Shown here piece by piece: positions 50,975 through 64,000 of a DNA stretch of 64,000 nucleotides. The notes beneath the pieces are model-generated. The model saw nothing but the letters and a program-made list of their open reading frames with translations. It was not told the origin of the DNA and made no database searches. Made by a program: the position numbers and the translations under genes. Position 1 is the first letter of the stretch, and each line of letters starts with the position of its first letter. Origin of the DNA: the human T2T-CHM13v2.0 reference genome, Homo sapiens. The DNA lies in NCBI RefSeq assembly GCF_009914755.1, contig NC_060929.1; one strand, given 5' to 3'.

Positions 50975-51388
50975 TCTGCCCCTTGATTGTGGTGTGAATA
51001 AAGTGACTCACTTCTAAGGAATAGAATGAAGCAAAAGTGGTGGGGTGCAGATTCCATGATTAAGTTTCAAAAAAGATTTTGGCACGTGTGCATTCTTACT
51101 CCCTCTGGATTCACAGAGAATCTGGGAGAAGCCAGATGCCATTTTACAAAGGCTTTGTGGAAAGGACCACATGAAGAGCCTCTGAGGAAATACTTCCCTA
51201 ATCAAGCCTTGAGATGAATGCAGGCCCGGCCCAACCTTGATTGCAGCCTCATGAGAGATCCTAATACCCAACCATCCAGTGAAGGACTCCCAGATTCCTA
51301 ATCCGCAGAGGCCGTGAGATAATAAATGTTTATTGTTTCAAGCTGCTAAATTTCAGGGTTGTTATACAACAGTATATAACCTGGTATA
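50975..51388 (+). mobile_element. MLT1F-type MaLR LTR
   Basis: gtgactcacttcta...tagaat...ggagaagccagatgcca...agccttgagatga...ccttgattgcagcctcatgagag. Confidence 0.8.
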
Positions 51389-51399
51389 CCTGGTGCATG

Positions 51400-52175
51400 A
51401 TTTCCATGCTTTACTTTCACATTTCCATACTTTTATATCTAAATGCTTTTTTTTTTAATTCTGTAGAAGACTTTAGGGAATTATTTGTATTATTTGTTCG
51501 ATTTGCATATTTATTTGTAAATTTAAGTTCATATCTACTATTTTTACTCTTTTGAATTTAACACAATTATGTTACATTATTTTATATTTCCTTATTCTCT
51601 TATTTTGGATACTCAATTTTTAAATTATATTCATATCTCTGTGTTAATGTGTTATTTATTATTTTTTCCCTATTTTCTTTGTGGTTATCCTGGCAATTAT
51701 GACATACATAATTATTTAAGTCAATTAAAAAATCTAACTTTTTCACCTTCTCTTAGTAATTCTGAAACCACACAAAAAATCAACTTAGCTGACTTCTTTC
51801 TACACATGTGCCTATGTTTTAGTTCCATATGTATTTAAAATCTCATAAGACATTAGAATAATTATTCTGTATAATCAGTATTGTGTTTACTTACATGGTT
51901 ACTCTTTTGTGTGTTCTTTATTCCATCAAGTATTTTCTAACTTCCAGAGTAATCATTTTATTCTGCCTGAAAAATTATCTTTGCTATTTATTTTAGAGTA
52001 GGCTTCCATGTAACGAATATTTCACTTTTTGTTGTTTAAAAATGACCCTCATATTTTGCCCTCATATTTGAATAATATTTTCCCTGGGAATAGAAATTTT
52101 GTTTGACATTTATTCTATGTTAGCATATTAAGGATGTCATACCAGTAGACAATAGAATGTCTACTGGTTTCTATA
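51400..52175 (-). mobile_element. Ancient L1ME fragment
   Basis: ttctgcctgaaaaattatcttt...tttttgttgtttaaaaatg...aataatatttccctgggaatagaaattt. Confidence 0.55.
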
Positions 52176-52180
52176 ATTTC

Positions 52181-55285
<3,105 letters not shown>

Positions 55286-56655
55286 TCAGTATTACTGCAT
55301 TTCCTTCCTTCACTGCATCTTAGCCTGAAGTTTTGGGTGGATGTGTCCTAATGCTTTCAAATAGCAAGTTTAGAAACAAATTTAGCCTCTTTTTATAGTT
55401 GTTCTAAGACAGAGGGATGATCACTTATTACTTATTAAAATGGCCCAAAGCAGAAGTCTAGGTGGTCATTCTTAAGTAAGGATTAATTCTCTAATTTTGC
55501 TAGACATTTTATTTGTTAGGGTGGAGGACTTTGTCTTTTGTAGAATAAAAAAAATAACTTAGTTGCAGCCTTTTCATAATTTTAACATTGTGATTGAACA
55601 ATAAAATTGCCTTTGATATTATTTTTATTACACTTTGTATGGGAAGAACATTAAAGTCAAAGATGGTAAGGACAACAGAGATAGACTCATTCATTATGCC
55701 TTATGGCTGCTATATACAATATATCAGTTTGGGAAAGAATGAGACATAGGGAGAATTGAGTCTAAAAAGAAATAAGTTGATGTAAATCTTTAGGGAAAAC
55801 TGACAGCCCTTTCTTGTAGATAGAATTTTATTCCACAGAAAAACGAGGGGTTACATGAATCATATTAGTTATAGCAAGATCACAAACCATAATCACATTG
55901 TGGTTTAGAAGGACACAGCTTTTATAAAACACAAAGAAAAGGAGAGTAATATTAAAATTGGTGAAGTTATTGAATAGGCTATTAAAACTGTTGAAGTAAG
56001 TGAAAGTTGATTTAGTGCTGAGAAGTATCACTAGATATAGAAAAGATGAAATGGAGTTACATGATATTTCAGGGAAGTAGGCATTGGGCTTGATTACGAA
56101 TTGGACATGGAAAGGAAAGATACAAAATGAGTAGGGCACTAAATTAGTTAAGTGTTTATTAAATAAAAATAAATTACTTAGATAGAAATTGTGTTTTTAG
56201 AAATTTACATATCAAGAACATTGATCAAAGCTAATTCTGAAGCTCTCTTAGCACTCATGAAAGTAATCACTATTGAAGAAGGTTGGATTCATGATATGGC
56301 ATTAGAGGAGAAGGGAGGGTTCTTTCACAGAAGAAACACATATTTGTATAACAAAATGATGTCTTTGTATTGGACAATGGGTAATGCAGGAGACCCAGGG
56401 GAGAAGCACTATGGGCACAGTGGGAACCTGAAGTACTTTCTCTTGGACTCTGGTGGAAGTTATTCTTCACTTCTCTATTTAATGACTCAGCCTCTGATAC
56501 AAAGCCAGCTAGCACTGAAGATTCATTGGCTAGTAAGAATGGCAAAGAATAAGACACATAAAAAATAATAAAAGAGAAATTATGAAATCTCTGCCTTTCA
56601 TCTGTGTTCACTATGTTAATTAATGTGGTAATTCTTGACAAAGGAACTAACATAC

Positions 56656-56665
56656 CAAACTGGAC
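56656..56665 (-). CDS. Candidate 10-nt micro-exon (G)PV(W)
   Basis: aacattcactccttccccag|GTCCAGTTTG|gtatgt. Confidence 0.5.
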
Positions 56666-57479
56666 CTGGGGAAGGAGTGAATGTTTTATAACTGTTGGAT
56701 GTTTGATGAAAGGGCACAGTAATTGTTAAAGAGTACTAAAAAACTTACAGTATATAAGCAACTAAATAGTGATGTTGCTGGTATTAAAATTAATAGTTAT
56801 TTTGTGGGAAACTTGGAAAATTTTTGTAAGAAGAAAATAGAACAAAAACGTTATTATCTTGGCATACAGAGATAATGACTGATAATAGTTTAGAAATAAG
56901 CTTTCATATTTTTCCCTAAATTTATCCCAAATAGGCTCAAATCTGTTTAGGAATAGAGGCATAATTCTAGGAACAATATATAGTTTTCATAAAATAAGAA
57001 AGTAGTCACTTATTTAGCCATGGAAATAAATGCAATAAAAATACTCTAATTTGAAAACTTCCCTTTTGTTACTTTAATTCGATTAAGTAAAAACCATATA
57101 TCTTTATAATAAGAAAACATAATATAAATGTTATTTGAAAATTGGAAGCAGACATTCCTTACTCTAAGTTGGAAGATGAATCTTTCATCATCATTAAATC
57201 TGTACAAAATTTTGAGAACTATTTTCCACATAATATTAAATATAGTAACTGTTTTAAAAATCCATGATTGCCTGTATGACTATTGGAAACCAAGAAAAGA
57301 CTCCTTGGTAATGGCAAAATCCAGAGGAATTAGGAGCCCCTATGCCTAAAACAGTAGTCCCTTTCCTGGAGTCATTTCCATTTTCCAGGAATGCTTCCCC
57401 ATTCACTAACCAGTAATGAGTCATCTCAAATATGGAGGCAAATACACAAGCAAGACTCATTTAACATTTTAGGAATGCA

Positions 57480-58700
57480 ACACCATAAAATGGAGGTACC
57501 ACACTCAACAAACAGAAAACCTGAAACCCAAGGAGAGAGATTTATAACACACTAAGAAGAAAAAATTGAAATAAATATAATTTATCTTCTCAGAGATATT
57601 TGAAAGATGATGACATTCAAAAGAAGAAATTGGTGGGGAATTATAAAATTAAAAATTTGATTTTTGAAATAAAAATCTCAATTAATTTGAATAAGAATGA
57701 TTATGGCTGAAGAGAAAATTAGTAGGCTAAAAATAATTAAGCTAAGAGAATCTTTCAAAATGTAGCTGAAGAAGATAAAAAGAAAGTTAAATAAAAAGTA
57801 ACTCTGAGCATTCAATTTCCACATAGCAAGTGATAAATAAGAAAAAACAAGTGATTTACAAATAAAAGTATAGAAAGCCATCATAGAAAAAGAAAATACA
57901 GATCTGAACTAAGTTTTTATTTTCCATACTGAAAGGACAATTTAGTAAACAGAATGAATAAGAAAAGCTGCATCTAGATTATATTAGTCTATTTTCATGC
58001 TCCTGAAAAAGACATGCAATTTACAAAAGAAAGAGGTCTAATGGACTTACAGTTCCACTTGGCTGGGGAGGCCTCACAATCATGGCAGAAGGCAAGGAGG
58101 AGCAAGTCACATTTTACATGGATGGCAGCAGGCAAAGAGAGAGCTTGTGCAGGGAAATTCACATTTTTAAAGCATCAGATTTCATGAGAGTTATTCGCTA
58201 TCATGAGAACAGCACAGGAAAGATTGGCCCCCATGATTCAATTATCTCCCACCAGATCCCTCCCACAACACCTGGGAATTATGGGAGCTACAAGATGAAA
58301 TTTGGGTGGGGACACAGAGCCAAACCATGTCACAGATACATACAATAAAATATTAAAATTCTTTGATAAAATGAAAAGTAAGTGATTCTAGACAAGAAAT
58401 CTGAAAAGAAGTGAGGATTTGATTAATATGCTTCTGCTTGGTTAAAAGGGGGACAAGGAAACAATAAAATCTGTAAAGATCTGAGGAAAATAGTGTTGAT
58501 CTAAGAATTATTCATAGAATTATATAATCATATGTAAAAGGAAATATTGCCAATTTTAATATTTGCAAATGCTCAGAAATTTTACCACCCATAAAGAGTC
58601 ACAGAAACAATTACAGAAAGATACAGTCTAGCAAAACTGAAAACAAACCAAAAACCTGTGGAACCCAAGAAGTGATGGCAGGATACAAAACCAGTAAATC
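57480..58700 (+). mobile_element. Ancient L1 ORF1-like / HAL1-like relic (split by THE1)
   Basis: A-rich, gctgaagagaaaattagt...ctgaaaggac...catctagat pattern; boundaries approximate. Confidence 0.45.
57980..58332 (-). mobile_element. THE1A-like MaLR solo LTR
   Basis: tatattagtc...cctcacaatcatggcagaaggcaaggaggagcaag...gggacacagagccaaaccatgtca; TSD tagat/cagat. Confidence 0.92.
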
Positions 58701-58849
58701 TTTTCAATTATAAATGTTTACTGAAAAAAGGCATGTTTATTTGTGTGTTCATAATAACACAATGGAACTAAAACAATATTGGTTGAAAGTATGAGAAGAA
58801 ATAATATAACCAGTAGAAAACTGGCAATGTATTAGACAAATCAATAGAC

Positions 58850-60110
58850 TAGGGTAGAATAGTTTATAAATAGAAACATGTAGATACATAAATTTGCCAC
58901 ATAATAAAGTTAGCTTTTCAAATGGGGGGAGACGTGTATCCAATAACTGGCTATACATTTGGATTTATATATCTACATACTTTCTTCCCATGGTCAATAC
59001 TAATAAATGATGTGGAAACAAATAGCTATGCATTTGAAGTTATGTATCTTCAATACATAATTCCCCAAATATATTCCATATGAATTTTAGGCCTTTTGGA
59101 AATAAAGGTATTCAAAAGAAACTTTGGGAGAATATGTATACAACTTTGGTTTGGGAAGGCTTTTTATTTAAATATTCAACAAACCATAGCCATAAAATAA
59201 TTGCTAATAAATTGACTACTTATAAATGTAAGCTTTAAAATAATGAAAGTTATCAAAACAAAGTTAAAAATAGTTTATAAAATGGGAAGAGTATTTAAAC
59301 ATTTATAATAAATTATTATATTTGAAATAAACATATCCTACAAATTATTTAAAAAGCAAAAACATACAATCTAATAGAAAAAGAAGCAAAATAAATGAAC
59401 AGTTAACAAAAGATAAAATACAAAAGGTCAACAATCATAAAGGAAATCATTCAACCTCACTGGTAATCTCGGAAAATCAAAATAAAAATACAATTAGATA
59501 CATCAAACATTTTATTAATAATTTCACAGTTTGACAGTATCAATTGAGGTGAGGGCACAGGAGAAGGTACTCTCATGGATGAGGGTGATTGGTGGTAGTA
59601 TTAAATGGTATAAGCACATTGGAAGACAATTTTGGAGAATTGATTTAGACTGCAGCTCTGATCTACCAATTCCACTTCTTAGTATTCACTTAAGAGAATT
59701 ATTCAATATATGACTGGAGTAGCATGTGCAGATGTTTTTACTAAAATATTATTTAGGAAAATGAAAAGATGTGGATTACAATTTTTCTTCAGTAGAGACG
59801 TAAGTAACATGGACAAATCTCAAAAACAATTTAAATAAAAAGAGTAAGTTGTAAAATGATACATTTCTATCATTTACATGAAAACTAAAACAAAAAGTGT
59901 ATACGTGTATATATGTGTGTACAAATGTCTGTAATTGTAGAAATGTATTAATCAGTAAACTATTGATCATAGATGGTTACTTCTCACAAGTAAACTTAAA
60001 TTGGAAATAGTAAAAACAAAAAGCATAAACATTTTTTGTTGTCTAATATTTTATAATGATAATGTATATTTATGTAACTTGTATAATTATACATAAAATT
60101 TAAAATTTTA
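58850..60110 (+). mobile_element. L1ME-type ORF2 end / 3' UTR
   Basis: ttcaacctcactggtaatc...caattccacttcttagtatt...aacatggacaaatctcaaaaac. Confidence 0.65.
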
Positions 60111-60451
60111 TGTAGTTTTGATATATTCAAAATAGTTTGTAATTAAGCAGCTTGCATGTAACTAGAATGCTGTCATTGTAAATGAATTAGGAAGATTAAT
60201 ACTTGAGAAATAATGAGTTATATTGTCTTAGAAGTTGAATATAATTTTTTCAGAAATGATGGAATGGAATTATGTCTGTTGTCGTATTGTTTTTTTTGAG
60301 AAATTTAACATGATAATATCTTGAATATAACACCTGATTATAGATTAGTAACAGGAAAAAATACAAATATCCGTGTGTGAATAAGTAACAATAATTGGAA
60401 AACCTTTTTGTCATTTTCAATTTAACTGATTAAACCTATCTCTTTGATTCC

Positions 60452-61549
60452 TTTTTCAGCTTTATTGAGGTATAATTGACAAGTAAAAATTGTTTATATT
60501 GTACAATTTGATGTTTTGATATACATTGTGAAGTGATCACAATAAGGACAAAAAGCTAATTAACATATCCATCCCCTCACACAGCTACCATATCCTCTTT
60601 TCTCTACTTTTTCTTCCTTTTTTCTCTTTTTCTTCTTTCCTTCTTTCTCTTTGTTTCTGTGGTGAGAACATTTAAGATCTACTCTTTCAGCAAATTTCAA
60701 GTTTTTGGTAGAGTATTATTAACTATAGTCAACATGTTGTACATTAGCTCTCCAGAATTTATTCATTTTGTATTAACGAAAACTTTGTGCCCTTTGGTCA
60801 ACATCTTTCCTTTTCTCCCTCCCCCAGTTCCTGGCAACCACCATTCTAACTCTCTGTTTCTATGAGTTTGACTTTTTAGGTTCCACATATAAATGAGATT
60901 ATGTTTGTCTTTCTGAGGCTGGCTTATGTCACTTTGTATAATGTCCTCCAGATTCAGCTATGTTATCAAAAACAGCAGAGCTTTCTTTTTTCAAGGGCTG
61001 AATAATATTCTATTATATATATGTATGCATATATGTTTTCATACATATGTATGCATGTATATCACATTTTGTTTATCGGTTCATCCATTGATGGACATTT
61101 AGTTGATTCCATCCCTCTCTTGGCTATTGTGAGTAATACTGCAATGAACATGGAAGTACAGATCCTGATTTCATTTTCTTTGGCTATATATTCACAAGCA
61201 GGATTGATGGACCACATAGTAGTTCTATTTTTAAGTTTTCGAGGAATCTTCATATTGCTTTTTGTAATGGTTATACTAAGTTACATTTCCACCAGTGTAA
61301 ATTAGTGTACAAAGTACACTACAAAGTGTATACTGTACAAGGGTTCCCTTTTTTTCCACATTCTTGCTAACCTTGTTACCTTTCATCTTTTTTATAGTAG
61401 CCATCCTAATAAGTGTGAGGTGAAATCTCATAATGGTTTTGATTTACATTTCCCTGATGATTAGTTATGTTGAGCACCTTTTCATATAGCCAATGGCCAT
61501 GTATATATGTCTTCTGTTAAAAGATGTCTATTCAGGTTCTTTGCCCATC
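60452..61549 (-). mobile_element. L1MA8/9-type 3' end
   Basis: cagctttattgaggtataattgaca...gtggtgagaacatttaagatctactct...ctggcaaccaccattcta. Confidence 0.85.
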
Positions 61550-63454
61550 TCCTTGACTCTTTCTCTTTCTTTCCTCATTCAGATTCATATATGCTCACAT
61601 CTTAAAGTGTGTAGATTGACATCTCAGCTTTAGACACTAATATTTTAGCAAATAAAAACAAGAAATCTAAAGGCTAAAATAATAAGTAAAGAGCTTGTTA
61701 TTCTCTAAAATTACCATTTTACTTGAAACACAATTTTTATTTTAAATATGCCATGACTTATTATCCAATATTGATTGTTGTAATATATCTTGATTTTTTT
61801 AATGTTTATTTTTCCTTTGCTATTTTATTTTATTTTTGCTTTGGAAAGTTAAAGCAGATATTATGGTATATGAGAAATATATTTTATATTCATCTTTAAG
61901 AAATGATCACATCTGATGTTATCTTATTCTAAGATGTAAGGTTCTTGCCACTAAAGCCAGGTAAAGAGTTAAAGCAATGATCCGTGTAATTGAAGGAAGA
62001 GTAGATTTAGTTTGACGACTAACCTGAGTCAAGGTTTTGCCACTGGAATTACTTAGGTTTACTTTCTAAGTCCCCAGAATGTCTCTTGTATTCTGGGTGA
62101 TTGATTAAAGAATTACAGCAGTAAGCACAACAGAGCCACTATTATCCAATTCAAGGACATAGTATGTATGTGTGAGTCACCATAAAAATGAATTGATATG
62201 TGCACGGGATGCCAAAAAAATGTGTAGTAGTTACCAATTTTTGCATGTATTGGAGCTATTGCAAGATTGCTATTTCTCTTCCAAACACATCCATAGAAAG
62301 AACATGCTTGTTTTGCTCTCTGTTGCCTCTCTAGTGCCTGGCACAGACTAGGCCCTCAATAAATACTTGTTGAATTAATGAAATAAAGAGCTTAAAATTG
62401 TGGCATCAATTTGGTGATCATTAAAATGCAAAATAATTTCCTGGCCAAACCCCAGGATGCTTTATCACTCTTATTTTGTTTTATTTTTATTAGAATTTGA
62501 CACTTGTTATATTATCAATCTGTTTATTGTCTGTTTCCCAGCCAGAATTATGATTGTCAGGGATAATCATATGAAGACAAATATTATAAACCCAGAGATT
62601 ATTTCTTTTTATTTTCTACTGTATCCCAGCCAAAATATTCTGGCATGAAAATATATTCTGAACAAATGAGTAGATGAGTAGTTGAAGACATCTCAAACAC
62701 AGTAGGGCACAAATAAGTTTGATTCATATAAGCACTCCATCTCTAGTTTGTTTGCTAACCAAAAATTAGTGAGTAGACACAATTGAAAGTGATCATTAAT
62801 TCTTCTAACACTTATTGATGAGTTGATGGATTTACTCTTTCATCATTCAATATAGGACCTAGAAGTAGAATTTAGGACACAGTTCCTCATTTAGGACATG
62901 GTTCCTCATTTCCTAGAAGGACTCTGTTAAATATTCAAGTTTAAGAAAGAATTCTTCAGAAATTAGGACCCCTGAACAAACTGATACAGTTCAGCTACAA
63001 AATAAATTAATCAGATGGCTTAATGGTTTAATGTTTTTCTTCTGGAGCAAAAGAATATTTTGACTACAGTTTTATTTGAACCAGCTAGGTATTACAGGGA
63101 GTATGATAAGAATAAATGATATTTAATTTCACTTCTCTTTATGTAACACATGTAAAACCAAAACTGATCAATTATGGTTTAAATAGTTCAAAAATTGGTT
63201 TTCCTTTTTGTTATCCTGTTCCTGAGTATTCATACACACAATTACCCAGTTTCTTTAGGAAACTGAGCCATCATGTAAGCTAGAATAAATCTGTTCTGAG
63301 CTAAACTTCATGTATTTTAAAATTAATTCTATTCATGCAAACACTTATAAAAACAATATTTTAACAAGTGCAATGCCATTTAAGTAGAAGTATGTAAAGA
63401 ATTGAAGGTAGAGTTTTTAAAAAATATTTTAAAAAGTGATTTAATAAAATGTAC

Positions 63455-63476
63455 CAAAGTACATAGAAATAACCAC
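63455..63476 (-). CDS. Candidate 22-nt micro-exon VVISMYF(G)
   Basis: cacagtgtctgctttatag|GTGGTTATTTCTATGTACTTTG|gtacat; weak donor, competing CAG 14 nt upstream. Confidence 0.35.
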
Positions 63477-63675
63477 CTATAAAGCAGACACTGTGAAAGA
63501 AGCTTGGGAATAAGAAAAGTTACATTAATTATAGTATTTTAGTACATGGGTGAAAACAAAATGATAGCGTCATTTTAGAATTACACATCACTATGGAAAA
63601 TGATGTTGAAGAGGACTTTTCCTTTTACCAAAATTCGTAGGTATTATCCAAAGTTGAGGATGAAATATCAAGTAC

Positions 63676-63683
63676 CTCACATT
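63676..63683 (-). CDS. Candidate 8-nt micro-exon xCE
   Basis: gagtttatttctctctag|AATGTGAG|gtactt. Confidence 0.4.
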
Positions 63684-64000
63684 CTAGAGAGAAATAAACT
63701 CAATTGGAACCCCACCAGTTCTTCTACACCCCAGCATCATTTTAGCCCTCACCCGCTCAGCCCTCCCCTGTGTGACAGGAAATGAAGGAGTAGAGAAGGA
63801 ATGGGATAAACAATCAGCCATTACTGTCATGGGACTTGGACTTGGATGTAAAAAGTCTATAGTTTTTGCTTTTTCATTCCTTCTCCAGGAAGAATGGGTG
63901 TCTTGTGGCTCCAAGAGAATTACGCATGGAGTTTAGGCATGAAACTGCCTTTCCACTCTGTATTTGCTATGTGTGACATTGCTGAGCGGCTCTCCATGCC

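Noticed and set aside
56191-56653. Overlapping 125- and 127-aa ORFs
   Set aside because: Non-ATG starts, no recognisable domains; consistent with chance.

Overview
AT-rich, CpG-poor primate (human/great-ape-like) genomic DNA dominated by interspersed repeats: four multi-kb or kb-scale L1PA insertions (three with twin-priming inversions, one carrying a ~190-bp 3' transduction), a short L1PA4 fragment, four Alus and an Alu monomer, a Ricksha (Mutator-type) element, MaLR/ERVL LTRs, Tigger/Charlie DNA-transposon relics, and old L1M/L2/MIR fragments. All ORF-track ORFs over 200 aa are L1 ORF2. The most striking non-repeat signal is a set of about 20 candidate minus-strand micro-exons (4-40 nt, each an acceptor AG closely followed by a GT donor) in the unique DNA. 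They can be spliced in one open frame into a terminal exon (145->70) ending ...RKASKCLSKCLEICLLL*, a CaaX prenylation motif. I do not recognise the protein. The model was assembled by eye and its middle part is ambiguous. Repeat subfamily names come from remembered consensus features, not from a database search.
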